Positions 35,313 through 45,781 of a DNA stretch of 64,000 nt are shown piece by piece. The notes below the pieces were generated by a model, which was not told where the DNA came from, did no database searches, and saw only the letters and a program-made list of their open reading frames with translations. The DNA comes from a virus. Every line of letters begins with the position of its first letter. The first letter of the stretch is position 1. The stretch covers positions 11,294-75,293 of IMG/VR virus record IMGVR_UViG_3300030521_000002; one strand, given 5' to 3'. Both the position numbers and the translations under genes were made by a program.

Positions 35313-36982
35313 GCTACACCATTCCTTACGAGTTCAGTAAATTGTTCAGCATGTTTATTCCAGCTTCTCGACTCGGCCCATTCCCTAGCTGCTTGACTCT
35401 CTTGGAGGATTGGTTTGCCTAACAGTCCCTTGCAAATATCCACCAAAGCTTGAGGATCAGGTAAGTACCAATCCACTGGCCGCTTTACCTTGCGTTGTTC
35501 AATCTTGGCGGGAAGCTTGGCTATCGAGGGGATTTCATTCCAAGGTTGCCCATCCGTGGTAATCACTGGCATCCCACAAGACATAGCTTCCATTGGTTCC
35601 AAGCCTAGGCCATCGACGGAGTGAGGACAGATAAGAACATCCCCCTCATTGTACAAATCGCTGTTCTCGGCAATCTTGTTTTCTGCTTGTTGCGTGTGTG
35701 AGACTAAGGGAAACTCTGGCCAAATCTTGAGGGCGTCTTGGATAACTTGCATTCCCTTGCGCCCATTGAAGCCACCATGCCCAGCTAAGAACAGAAACTT
35801 GTTGCATGTAGCCCTAGGTTTGAATTGGAAGCGTTCTACATCGACGGGCCAAGGAAAGTACACGCACGGAACGACATGGGCAAATTGGTCGTAGCAGTGT
35901 TTGGTAGGGCAGATAAAAAGATCAACCTCTGTGGGCCATCCCTTGGCCCCAGCTGGCATCCATTCCATCATCGGCACACAAACGACCCGTTTGTTCTGCG
36001 ACTTAGCCAAGGGGATTAGGTGGTTGTAGTAAGGGGTTTCACAAAATAATACTGTGTCCATCCCTTGGAGAAACTTCGTCAGCTTAGTCATTGCGCCTTC
36101 TGGGCAAACCCAAGTATCCACCAAAGGCAGGGGATTCTTCATCGGTTCGTGATTGTGAGGCTTGACTAGCCACTTATCAATTTCGGCATAAGTCGCGATT
36201 TGGCGGTTGAGTTCCCCGAGCCCGGTGTTGCAATGATATCCTACAAGCCCTATACGCTTCGTAGGACGCGAGCTAGGAGATTTCGGGATATTAGCCGCCC
36301 TAGGTTCCAAGAGCGTTAGGGCGTCGAATTCGGCCCCTAAATAGGTGCTAGCAATTGGAAAGGGAGCGTGGCCCATCGAGCTATTCCCGTTCCCCGTATG
36401 TTGGATCAAGCTCGGATTATGCACGTACTCAAACCAACCCGCGTCTTTCATGGCTGTTACTATCCCGCCATCGATTGAACAATGCCCTCGTTTGGCATCC
36501 AAGGGGCGGTTGACCATGTGGGGCTGGGCTAACAAGGTTCTCAGGGCTTCATTGGAGAATACTAAACCTACTGCTCCCTTACCATCTTGGTTGGATAAGT
36601 ACCAACCTTTTTTGGGCTTCTCATTCTCTGGAAAGCAAAGAAGATTTAAGTAGCCCTTGGCAGGATACTCACACTTCTCAAGATACTCTTTGAGGTTAGT
36701 ACAAGCTTCAAGGTCATCTTGAAATATCACAAATCTGTCAGCCTTGGGATTCCTGAGGTAGAGTTCCCAAGCGGCCATAACCCAATTGCCAAAGGTTCTT
36801 AGCCGGGCAAACCTAAAAGTCTTGGTATATGGGTGGAGGTATTCTGGAACGACGTCTTTGATTTCTCCGTCTATAAACAAGTGAGGATTCTCAAACCCTG
36901 CCTTGGCCAAGGATTCCAGGGTCTTGGGGAGTAAATCCCCGAACCGAGAAGGAACAGTGGTCACAGCCGTTGCCCAGATCAT
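35306..36982 (-). CDS. Two-domain glycosyltransferase (GT-A + GT-B/GT4-like)
   Basis: QDD, PSLIQHTG; GRKG, DGLGLEPMEAMSCGMPVITTD. Confidence 0.8.
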   Translation of the reverse strand: MIWATAVTTVPSRFGDLLPKTLESLAKAGFENPHLFIDGEIKDVVPEYLHPYTKTFRFARLRTFGNWVMAAWELYLRNPKADRFVIFQDDLEACTNLKEYLEKCEYPAKGYLNLLCFPENEKPKKGWYLSNQDGKGAVGLVFSNEALRTLLAQPHMVNRPLDAKRGHCSIDGGIVTAMKDAGWFEYVHNPSLIQHTGNGNSSMGHAPFPIASTYLGAEFDALTLLEPRAANIPKSPSSRPTKRIGLVGYHCNTGLGELNRQIATYAEIDKWLVKPHNHEPMKNPLPLVDTWVCPEGAMTKLTKFLQGMDTVLFCETPYYNHLIPLAKSQNKRVVCVPMMEWMPAGAKGWPTEVDLFICPTKHCYDQFAHVVPCVYFPWPVDVERFQFKPRATCNKFLFLAGHGGFNGRKGMQVIQDALKIWPEFPLVSHTQQAENKIAENSDLYNEGDVLICPHSVDGLGLEPMEAMSCGMPVITTDGQPWNEIPSIAKLPAKIEQRKVKRPVDWYLPDPQALVDICKGLLGKPILQESQAAREWAESRSWNKHAEQFTELVRNGVAC

Positions 36983-37377
36983 ACTTCTGCTTTCCACTTG
37001 CCAATAGGACATTCTTCTGTAGCCATTGCTATTTTTTCCCTTAGATGGCAGCCACAAATCCCACAAGTTGGAGTAACCGAGTCTCTAAAATGTTCACACC
37101 CTTTGCATATTAAAAGTAGGATTTTCTCTACGAGTTCAGGACTGCGATTTGGCATTCCGGCTAACATCCACTTAGCATTTGCTTTTGAGTATCTAATTCC
37201 TTTAACTAGAATGTTTGGTTTGTCAGTCTCTTCAAAGTTTGGACTTGTAAAGCAAGTATGTGTGAGGCATGACTCGGATACTTTGAGGGAATAAGAAATC
37301 CTGCATACAGGGCATTCAAAACGATAATTTCCAGTTGGAAGCAAAGTTCCGACTAACTTTTGCGTTGTCTTTATCAT
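36979..37377 (-). CDS. Cys-rich protein
   Basis: ICKGC...CGICGC...K..MATE.CP.GKW. Confidence 0.7.
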   Translation of the reverse strand: MIKTTQKLVGTLLPTGNYRFECPVCRISYSLKVSESCLTHTCFTSPNFEETDKPNILVKGIRYSKANAKWMLAGMPNRSPELVEKILLLICKGCEHFRDSVTPTCGICGCHLREKIAMATEECPIGKWKAEV

Positions 37378-38087
37378 ATAAACCCAGCAAATCTAAAGGT
37401 TGCTGGCCCGGATACACCATTGCACTGTCTGTGAGGATCGCTTGATCCTTGTTCTTCTTTCCAAGGAATAAGAGTTCCTGGCAAGGTTGTACAATCTAGT
37501 GGAGTTGTAATATCCCCTTCCCAAACACCAACCCATTGAAATCCGGTATCTCTTTCGTCTACCTCAACAATCCCAGAGAATGTACTACCTCCCAAGCTAA
37601 ATTGGACAAATAGATCACAAGTTTTCCCGCAAATTTCGACTTCATCAATCAGCGACCAAGCACAAGCGGGAGTAAGGGGATCATAGTTGAAATCTGGTAG
37701 CTCGTAAGAACGGTTGAGGACGGAACACTCACAGAGTCGATCGGCAATTCCAGAAACTGTTACAATTGCTTTATTGGGGACTGACCCGGTGGAACAAATA
37801 TCGCAAGTAGCTAACGTAAAACAATCACTACAGTCTTCTAGCACTTCCGAAATAGAAACTTCTTCAGCTACCTCACAATTCTCTGGGCTAAGTTCCCTAG
37901 CTCCAACCCCGTAACAAATGCCGGCGATTCTCACAACTGCGCCAACATGAGCAGACATATCTGAAATTGTCCATAGAATACTTCCATCGCTACAACTAGT
38001 TAGTGGGTAGCAACAGCATTGATCGCATGGCGGACCTAGGTTAAAAGTTCCCATGTCTAGCTCACACCTACAGTTAAGCCAGTCCAA
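37374..38087 (-). CDS. Cys-rich putative virion/tail-tip protein
   Basis: PPCDQCCC, many Cys; end of the tail module. Confidence 0.55.
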   Translation of the reverse strand: MDWLNCRCELDMGTFNLGPPCDQCCCYPLTSCSDGSILWTISDMSAHVGAVVRIAGICYGVGARELSPENCEVAEEVSISEVLEDCSDCFTLATCDICSTGSVPNKAIVTVSGIADRLCECSVLNRSYELPDFNYDPLTPACAWSLIDEVEICGKTCDLFVQFSLGGSTFSGIVEVDERDTGFQWVGVWEGDITTPLDCTTLPGTLIPWKEEQGSSDPHRQCNGVSGPATFRFAGFI

Positions 38088-39466
38088 GCTGTACCAGTTG
38101 TTCCACTAACCTCGTCACAACCACCGCCCGTAACAGTTTTAACAAAGGTATCTGTAGTTGGGCTCCAAGCGAAAGTTTTGGTAATGGTGCGACCGGCTTT
38201 GTAGCAGAGGATACGCCCCTTGTACACGTCGATCTTTTTAGTTTTAAGCGAGATGGTAAATCCGGCACTGCTACCTGTACCACTAATAGGGCCACTGGGG
38301 TCAAGAATTTCTATTTCTTGAGTAGCTCCATGCTCTGCTACATTAAAAACAAGATATTGTCTGGTAGCACTATCGAAAAAGGCTACTGCCTTTAATCCGT
38401 CAGGGGCATCACAAGTTGTGGAGTGATAAGCATCTTCCAAAAGCCCCAATGGGTCTTGAATATCAGGTTCTTCCGGTTCGGTAATATCTAGCTCGGAACC
38501 ACCATAATCAAGCACTTCATCTAGATAGCCCCCAGTTCCAGTAGCCCCATTCATCGTGGAAATCACAATCCATTGAGCAGGACCAGTGCCTTGTAATGCA
38601 ATGTACACATCAGATTTATTGTCATATAGGCAGTAGAGTTTATCGCCAGCTTTGGAGTTGATAAAGAAGTTGGATTGGTCAAACACCACTAGCACAACAT
38701 GTGTACCTAATGGTTCTCCTGGGATTTGGGTATCTTGTTGGGAACCAACGGCATCGAGTAAATGGCCCTCTGCATAATGAGCAGTAAATCCCTCATCCAA
38801 CTCAACTAAGATTAAGCCTGCTGAGGATTCGCACTCAATAACTCGATAAACATTCAAAGTGGTATCGAGGATTGCAATTCCGTAAGCGCCCATTAGTGCA
38901 TGTCGGAAAAGCCCATCTTGGTCATAGACAATAACTTGGGTACCAGTTCCAGCATCAATATCCGTGGGTAGGGTACCCCAATAGTTATTAACTTGCGCTT
39001 CGGCAAAGTAACCACTCGCCCCGCCTGTGCCTACCGTTAGGTGCATGTTCTCCAATAAGCGAAATACGATCCCAGAACTTCCACCGCTACCTACCGTTGC
39101 ATACCAATCCCCAAACTTGTCTCGAATGATTGGTCGATAACCCTGACTAATTGCCGTCGTGGAGGTGTTGTACACTACAATCGAAAAGTCTGGAACTGGT
39201 AACTCACCTGACCCAGCCATCCCTAAATCAGAGAGTTGGTAGACATTGCAGATCACCTTGCCTGGAATCAACGTGCCTGTGAAAACAGTAGCAGCAGGTA
39301 GACCAGCTTCTGGAATCGCTGCTACATAACAATCGCTGGATTCCCCATGTTGGAGAGGATCAATGTTAGGCAACGGCTGATTCTGGGGACGAGCACGATA
39401 CTCCGCCAGAATCTTCTGGAGTAAGCGACCGTCTTCAGGGGTCAGGGCAACTACTGTCTTAGACAT
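38057..39466 (-). CDS. Putative tail/baseplate protein
   Basis: Beta-rich with repeated GTG turns; downstream of the tape measure. Confidence 0.55.
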   Translation of the reverse strand: MSKTVVALTPEDGRLLQKILAEYRARPQNQPLPNIDPLQHGESSDCYVAAIPEAGLPAATVFTGTLIPGKVICNVYQLSDLGMAGSGELPVPDFSIVVYNTSTTAISQGYRPIIRDKFGDWYATVGSGGSSGIVFRLLENMHLTVGTGGASGYFAEAQVNNYWGTLPTDIDAGTGTQVIVYDQDGLFRHALMGAYGIAILDTTLNVYRVIECESSAGLILVELDEGFTAHYAEGHLLDAVGSQQDTQIPGEPLGTHVVLVVFDQSNFFINSKAGDKLYCLYDNKSDVYIALQGTGPAQWIVISTMNGATGTGGYLDEVLDYGGSELDITEPEEPDIQDPLGLLEDAYHSTTCDAPDGLKAVAFFDSATRQYLVFNVAEHGATQEIEILDPSGPISGTGSSAGFTISLKTKKIDVYKGRILCYKAGRTITKTFAWSPTTDTFVKTVTGGGCDEVSGTTGTAWTGLTVGVS

Positions 39467-39470
39467 GGAA

Positions 39471-39983
39471 CTACTTGGGGAAAACGTAGAGGTGGCACTT
39501 GGCCGATTCGTGTTGGCAACGAATTTGGAGTTGGGCAGGGTTGCTCACTCGGATGAGCTGAGGCCAACCTGGAAACACTAGGATTTTGAGGGGGAAGCGA
39601 CTGTTATCTCCCGTCGGTACTTCGCAACTAATTTCCACTACCCGCTTCTCACAATCAGCTCTCTCCGTATCGGTCGGTTGAACTTGGCGACCCTTGCCCT
39701 CATTATTCGTAAGGATGAGATAGCCGATTTGGTCGGGAGCGAACCACCCAAAATCGAGGGGTTGCCATTCTTCTTTGGCCACCAACCTCCGCTCGTAGGG
39801 TTGTTCCAACGGTTGTGGATAAGCATGAGCAATAGCATGGATCGTAGTGGGTTGTTCCCCTAAATGCTCATAGTTGAAACTAAAGCTGCAAGTGATCCTG
39901 TCTTTGTTGGTAAGAGCAGGTTGTAGAGGAAAAAGTTTTTCTTCCGGTAGAGGGGGAGGCGGTCCCTGTAATTCCTCATTCAT
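39471..39983 (-). CDS. Hypothetical tail-module protein
   Basis: AGGAGCTAG RBS. Confidence 0.6.
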   Translation of the reverse strand: MNEELQGPPPPLPEEKLFPLQPALTNKDRITCSFSFNYEHLGEQPTTIHAIAHAYPQPLEQPYERRLVAKEEWQPLDFGWFAPDQIGYLILTNNEGKGRQVQPTDTERADCEKRVVEISCEVPTGDNSRFPLKILVFPGWPQLIRVSNPAQLQIRCQHESAKCHLYVFPK

Positions 39984-40005
39984 AGCTAGCTCCTATGAGT
40001 GAAAG

Positions 40006-40422
40006 TTAGGCTTCAAATGCTTCTACGACGACTTTGGCTGGAGCAGTATCAGCCTTAATGCGGACAGTGTTACCACCGCCAGTAGTTCCAGTACCTGTCA
40101 TAAACTCTTGGGTGAGATACCGCGAGAACCTAATCGGAAAGAATTCTCCTGGTAGTAACTCCATAAGCGGAAAGAAATCCACTCCATCCCAAATCCCTAC
40201 TGTGACAAAGTTAGTGGAGTCAATGTTCTTAATGATCCCCAACCCAGGTTGGGTAAGCTCACTGAAGTTGACATCGGTGCCTTCCAAGGTAGCTGCAAAA
40301 GCACCAGGGCAGGGACCATTGATACCAGTTACGGTAGCTTGGAAGTTGGATGGATTACTGACGTAGTTAATGTTTCCTATACGCACACGCAATTGGGTTT
40401 GGACAGTTGCTTCGCGGGCCAT
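40006..40422 (-). CDS. Putative tail protein
   Basis: Probable start MAREATV at 40422; KNID.TNFV...L.PGE. Confidence 0.6.
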   Translation of the reverse strand: MAREATVQTQLRVRIGNINYVSNPSNFQATVTGINGPCPGAFAATLEGTDVNFSELTQPGLGIIKNIDSTNFVTVGIWDGVDFFPLMELLPGEFFPIRFSRYLTQEFMTGTGTTGGGNTVRIKADTAPAKVVVEAFEA

Positions 40423-40429
40423 GATCCAC

Positions 40430-41380
40430 CTAAAGGGAACTGGGAATGTCAAGATCGTAGAGGTTAGCTTCGGGATATTTCTTAACCGTTGGCAGGAACG
40501 TAGGGGACTCTGGCGTAAGGGAGGGATTGCCTAAACCATCCAAGGCAGTTTGTACGGGAAACCTTGCTCCCTTTTCGTCCTTGAACACCTCGAAATTGTT
40601 GGGGTTGGTGGCATCGGTAGCAATCGGATACCAGACATGTGGGTCTTGGCCCAGGAGTGCCTTGCCCCAATCTCCGCGTAAGACATTGAATCCACGGTCA
40701 GGAATATCAGCATCATCGAACGTGTTGTAACGGATATCAAAGTCAAACCGGCGGGTGTAGTAGTACGTGCAAATGCCGTACAGTTTACGTTCATACACCA
40801 CATTGCTGAGTTTTACACACCTTGCACCTAGTCCCCACAAGCCAGAGTCGTTCACATGGTCGATCATCCCGCTGAACACATCCAAGCCAAGGTTCAAGAC
40901 ATTCTGCCCGATGATGACTGTGGGGCGGTTAGCATCCTTCTCAACAAGAATAGTTTCATGGCTGCTACTCTTAATCCGCTTGTTGTTGTAATCTACTCCG
41001 ACTAGGGCTGTGTACTTGACGAAGCTACCACTGATGCTTTGCGGTTCGGAGAGCGGGTCTTCAATTTGAGTGTCTTGGCAACGACGGAAGGGGAGTGTGG
41101 TGAATTCCTGATCCACCCACCATTTCTTGCAAGGATCACCATCGTTGATCTTAGATGAGACGTTCATCTTAGGCGAACAGAAGGCCCACAGGTCTACATC
41201 GTTGGCAATCCCTGACCAAGCAGAGCCAACCAAGGGGAGCCCAGCTGCGTTAAATACGGCGAATGGTCCATCTAACTTATTGGTGGTTCCTACCTGCCAA
41301 CGAACCTTGTAGGTGCGATGCCCGATACCATCCGTTGACATGCCCCAAGAAACAGGGCCACCCTCAACTGCTGCTGACAT
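40430..41380 (-). CDS. Putative distal tail/hub protein
   Basis: Directly downstream of the tape measure. Confidence 0.55.
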   Translation of the reverse strand: MSAAVEGGPVSWGMSTDGIGHRTYKVRWQVGTTNKLDGPFAVFNAAGLPLVGSAWSGIANDVDLWAFCSPKMNVSSKINDGDPCKKWWVDQEFTTLPFRRCQDTQIEDPLSEPQSISGSFVKYTALVGVDYNNKRIKSSSHETILVEKDANRPTVIIGQNVLNLGLDVFSGMIDHVNDSGLWGLGARCVKLSNVVYERKLYGICTYYYTRRFDFDIRYNTFDDADIPDRGFNVLRGDWGKALLGQDPHVWYPIATDATNPNNFEVFKDEKGARFPVQTALDGLGNPSLTPESPTFLPTVKKYPEANLYDLDIPSSL

Positions 41381-44001
41381 TAGTTAGTGCTCCCCAAGGT
41401 TTCGAGAACAACGCCATCTTTGCTGGCTTGTTGCCGAGTAGATTCAGCAATTTGGGCTAAGAAGGCTTTCATCTCAGTTAGCAACTCTTTGTTGTTAGAA
41501 GCTTCTATATTAGGGGGATTATTCGGGCTACGAGGCGGGCCTGGGGTCTTTGCTTCTACGTCTGTTTTTCTGTCAAAGTCAAAGATAGTTTTATCAAACC
41601 TTTTGTTGGCCTTATCCCGGGCTAACATTTCCTTAATCGAAGGAATTTGCCCCTTTCTTTGCATCGTATGGATAGCTACTTTAAGCTTGTCTTCATTTCT
41701 ATTCTGTGCAAACCTAGCTCGCTTATCTTGGGTAGTGTTCTTGCGAGCCATTCCAGATAGCGAAGGCTTGATCGGATTTTTACCGACGATGTTTTGTTGT
41801 TGTTGAACCACTTGCCCTAGCCAACGGTAATACGCTTCACTACCAGCGTGGAGTGCGATAGGGTCAAATTCAACTTGGATACTAACCTTTGTTTGACTGT
41901 CCTTAAGTTCCTTGTCGAGAACTTTCTTGGCTCGGTCATACGTTTGTTGAAACTCTGCTCCGTTCTCTTTTAGCAACTCATTAAGTTCCTTCAGCTTCTT
42001 GTTGTACTTTTCTTGCGGAGTAGCCATCTCATCAGTCAGTTGTCTGCCTCTACGTAAAGCGTCTTCATGTTCCTTAAGAGCCCTGTTGCTGTCTTTTAAC
42101 GCCTTGACTGTAGCTTTGTCTACTGGACCAGCATCATCCATACCATGGGCATGGTCATCATTAGCCTCTCCTAGCCTATCGAGGGCTTTATCACGTTCTG
42201 GCCCGGCCGGTAATTTCATAGCAGCCGCCCTAGCTTCAGCAACCCTATTAAGAGCACCAGCCTCTTCTTGAAGTTGCTTGATATAAGCCCCAATGTTGGC
42301 TTCTTTTTGCTCCTCCTCTGCTTTATCTTCTTCGGCGGCTCTTCGATTCTCCTCTTGGTTGTTAATTAACTGCTGTTGAGCCATTCTTCTAGCTTGGAGA
42401 TTCTTAATCTGCTCAGCAGTTAATCCTTCCAAAGCCAGCTTCTCACGTTCGAGAATTATCGTCATGGCTTGCTCACTAGTCAAGCCTTGTTGAATCAGCT
42501 TCTCCCGCTCTTGGATTTGGTGAATCGAGCTTTGGATAGCAGTTGTTTCTTCTTCATACCTCTCAGCTGCTTCACGGAGTTGGGTAGCTCTAGCTACAGC
42601 ATCGGCACCAGCTTGCTTTTCAGCAGCAGAGTATTCTTGAAGGTTCTTGATCTGTTTCTCAATCGCCATCTCGGAATCAACTGTGCTTGGTCGATCACCA
42701 CCTTGAATACGCCTAGCTCGTTCTAGCTCGTCATTGGTTCTCCCTTGCATCGAGAGTTCCAATTGCAGCTGCTCCATCTTCTTGTTGTGGGCACGATCGT
42801 AGGAGCGTTGGGCAGCTTCAAAAACTTGAAGTTCCGATTTTTCAACATCCTCCAAATCCTGTCTAGCGGCTTTTTCGCGGAGAATTTTAGCCGCTTCATC
42901 AATACTAGTCTGCTTTTGGAGAGTTTGTTGAGCCTCTTCTTCCCTAATCTTTCGCTGTGTTCCTAACTCTTCATCGAGTAGTTGGATGTTCTTGCGGGCT
43001 TGTTCTGCTCGTTGCAACTCGGCTTGCATCCGTTCTCTTGCAATAGCCGCCTCATCTTTAGCTCCTGATGATCTAACATCACTCTTCCGATCAATAAGTG
43101 GATTGAATGGCTGGCGTTGCTTGTCCAACTCTTGAAAAAAGGTTGGACCACCAAAGATGCTATTAAACGTCTCGCGGCTTAGTAAATCTTTTTCTGGGCG
43201 GGTAGCAACACTAGAATTTTTAGGAGCAGTTCCAGGAATACGCCAAGCTCGCTTGTTCTCCCTGTCAGCTTGGTTCTTCCTGACCTGAAATTCGTCTTCA
43301 GTCTCAGTTGAATTTCGATGCTTATCACCCATGAAAGCATCCCACTCACCGCGAATCTCCCTGATGTTGCGCTTAACTTGTTCATAGCGAGCACTCCAAC
43401 CACTCATCTGTGACATTTCTTGGGAGTTGGCGTCTATCTTCCGCTTCTGGTTGTAAATCTCTTGTTCTTCTGCTACATCTCCCAGTACCTTGATTTGCTC
43501 CCGATACTTTTGGGTGAGGGTTTCGGTGTCTTTAGCCAGGGCAATCGTTTTGGCAGAACTTCGATCAAACTCCGTGATGAGCTTCCCCATCATTGAGGTG
43601 GTAGTATCTACGATCAGCCCTAACCCCTTGTAGGTCACATAGGCAGCCCCAATACCCAACCCAATTTGGCCAAGTGCTGACCCCATCTTGAGCAAGCCAC
43701 CAGCAGCAGTAAATGCTCCTGCTCCAATACCGATCGTTCTAGCAGTTAAGTCAATTGCCTTGGGAATTACGCCACTGATAGCAATCCGATAAGCTCCGTA
43801 GCTTCCTACGGCTACTCTCGTGGCTGTCTCGACGGCATCCCCGGTACTCTTCCATGAGTTACGCATCGACTCCGTGGATTTATCAACCTGCCGCTCAGCT
43901 TCCTCCGTCTGCCTACGAGAGTCTTGCAGCATCTGGCGATAATTGGAATTATCACCCTGCAAACGCACGATCAACTTCTGCAGTTCCAACTCATTTGACA
44001 T
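41380..44001 (-). CDS. Tape measure protein
   Basis: L..LIVRL.GD N-terminus, Gly/Ala hydrophobic stretch, long coiled coil, TPQEKY; follows the chaperone frameshift pair. Confidence 0.8.
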   Translation of the reverse strand: MSNELELQKLIVRLQGDNSNYRQMLQDSRRQTEEAERQVDKSTESMRNSWKSTGDAVETATRVAVGSYGAYRIAISGVIPKAIDLTARTIGIGAGAFTAAGGLLKMGSALGQIGLGIGAAYVTYKGLGLIVDTTTSMMGKLITEFDRSSAKTIALAKDTETLTQKYREQIKVLGDVAEEQEIYNQKRKIDANSQEMSQMSGWSARYEQVKRNIREIRGEWDAFMGDKHRNSTETEDEFQVRKNQADRENKRAWRIPGTAPKNSSVATRPEKDLLSRETFNSIFGGPTFFQELDKQRQPFNPLIDRKSDVRSSGAKDEAAIARERMQAELQRAEQARKNIQLLDEELGTQRKIREEEAQQTLQKQTSIDEAAKILREKAARQDLEDVEKSELQVFEAAQRSYDRAHNKKMEQLQLELSMQGRTNDELERARRIQGGDRPSTVDSEMAIEKQIKNLQEYSAAEKQAGADAVARATQLREAAERYEEETTAIQSSIHQIQEREKLIQQGLTSEQAMTIILEREKLALEGLTAEQIKNLQARRMAQQQLINNQEENRRAAEEDKAEEEQKEANIGAYIKQLQEEAGALNRVAEARAAAMKLPAGPERDKALDRLGEANDDHAHGMDDAGPVDKATVKALKDSNRALKEHEDALRRGRQLTDEMATPQEKYNKKLKELNELLKENGAEFQQTYDRAKKVLDKELKDSQTKVSIQVEFDPIALHAGSEAYYRWLGQVVQQQQNIVGKNPIKPSLSGMARKNTTQDKRARFAQNRNEDKLKVAIHTMQRKGQIPSIKEMLARDKANKRFDKTIFDFDRKTDVEAKTPGPPRSPNNPPNIEASNNKELLTEMKAFLAQIAESTRQQASKDGVVLETLGSTN

Positions 44002-44715
44002 TTGGTTTACCTAAGCGTTGTTGCCAACTGGCCTTGGAGATTGCAGTCAGGTTCTTAATATGCTCTGCACTAGGAGGCTTGGGAGCAGTTTCTTTGGGAT
44101 ACCAGTGTTCTAACCAATGTTGCCAACCGACATACTGACGATGGGTTATTGGCCCCGGCCAGCCAAACACTTCATGTAAGTGCTTGTTCAGCTTGGTGGC
44201 AAGGTAGTAGTAGTCGTAGTATCCCCTGGCACGTTTTTTATTAAGTCCTCATCGCTCAACATGTCATTGAGTTCTTTGAACCGAGGATCAGTCAGAGTTC
44301 GCAGGTAAGTCCGGAATTCCACTAACCCAATCGGACACTCTTCTCGTAGCAGGGCTTCTTCTAACGCTGACTTACCATCCCTAAGTAGTGGTTCGTTTTT
44401 CTCGTTCATGTCCGAGTTATCGAGAACCCACTGGTAGAGTTGATTGACTAACCGAGCTGGCCAATTACAAATTACCCCCAAAGGAACTGCAGCGTTGGTT
44501 TCCGTGATTCGTAGGCAACGCGAGACTAGCTGAGGTTCCACCCCGGCTAAATTTCTCATCCCAGCATACTTACCATCCACATAAGTTGAAGCAGCCATGT
44601 TACCATTTCGCCACTCCACTGCTGCTGATTCCCCAGCCTCGTCCAAGGTGTATTGCACACTCTTGTACTTGACCGGCATGGACCTTGGTTGCAGGTCTTT
44701 ATCGAAGTCGAACAT
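43991..44715 (-). CDS. Tail assembly chaperone G (44188-44715) and -1 frameshift product GT (to 43991)
   Basis: In-frame A AAA AAC slippery site at 44239-44233; the -1 frame is open (RARGYDYYYLATKL...WQQRLGKPNVK) up to the tape-measure start. Confidence 0.8.
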
Positions 44716-44812
44716 AGAACTAGCTCCTAAAGGAATAAATAGCCCCTAAGCCGCCCATGTAGGCAAGCGAACCTGCACGTAACGGCTATCGGGGGAAGAG
44801 AATAGACGGAGA

Positions 44813-45286
44813 TTAAGTTCCAGGGGCGTAAGTTCCAGCTGGACCTGTTTCCACACCGGAAGTTGGGTCTTGGTTCGTCGGGGACATAGTAATCGTGGCT
44901 TCCGGTTGCGTACCTTCCACGAGCGGAGCCCGTTGGAATTGACGCAGAGCCAAGTACCAGTTCTCTGTCGAACCGTCCGGGTAATGGATCGTCCAAGAGT
45001 GTGGGACGTTCAACAACGCCAAAATTTGCGTTAGTACCGCTGGATCATAGGCTACCACCACTTGCATATCCGTAGCAGTCACCAAAGCGCGAGGCTCAAA
45101 AGTTCTCCAGGTTGTATTGAACATGGTTGTCTGGGGAATCATTTCCCCGCCATCCAACCCTGGGGGCTGCACCGTCTTTTCCCAAAAGGACACATCCGGG
45201 TCCATGGCCGAAGCAATCTTGGTCGAGTAGCCATCCTTGAGTTTGATACCACCTGGGGTCGAACGAGCTGTCGTCGAAAGAGGCAT
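44813..45286 (-). CDS. Major tail tube protein
   Basis: PPGLDGGE.I..T......T, YDP, TI.YPDGST; position upstream of the chaperone. Confidence 0.75.
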   Translation of the reverse strand: MPLSTTARSTPGGIKLKDGYSTKIASAMDPDVSFWEKTVQPPGLDGGEMIPQTTMFNTTWRTFEPRALVTATDMQVVVAYDPAVLTQILALLNVPHSWTIHYPDGSTENWYLALRQFQRAPLVEGTQPEATITMSPTNQDPTSGVETGPAGTYAPGT

Positions 45287-45304
45287 AAAAATCTCCTAAA
45301 AAGG

Positions 45305-45781
45305 TTATGTGCCGGTTCCAGTTTCACCATCTACTAACAAAGTAATTGTCGCTACTGCATTTGCTGAGAACAGTCTTCTCCGACTCGTGGGAGCTTCTGC
45401 GCCCATCGAAATCACATCGCTGGTTCTCGTAATGGCTTGGACAAGATAAGAAGTCGTTCCAATTACTACTGTATCCCTGAGTACAAACTCGTCAAAGCAA
45501 CGGAGGACGTTCTTGGCTTTGAGATACCCATCCCCGTTATCATCCGAGCGAACTTTGACTTGTAATCCAAAAGGGCCTTGAACCTCCCCATCGGTGTGTG
45601 TTCTACCTTGAATCGGGCCTTGCGTATCGTAAATTGCCAAGGCACTATCAGGCTTGTCTGCTAAGAACCCCACATAACATGGCCACGGGCCTACGCCATC
45701 GTCCGGGTCAGTGCAAAGATCATAGTCCACCAACAATTGGCGAATGATCTTGGACGGGGGGTGGCGTAGGAAGTGGCTCAT
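45305..45781 (-). CDS. Tail terminator-like protein
   Basis: PD.A..IYDT.G, LQV.VRS, FS.N; position. Confidence 0.65.
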   Translation of the reverse strand: MSHFLRHPPSKIIRQLLVDYDLCTDPDDGVGPWPCYVGFLADKPDSALAIYDTQGPIQGRTHTDGEVQGPFGLQVKVRSDDNGDGYLKAKNVLRCFDEFVLRDTVVIGTTSYLVQAITRTSDVISMGAEAPTSRRRLFSANAVATITLLVDGETGTGT

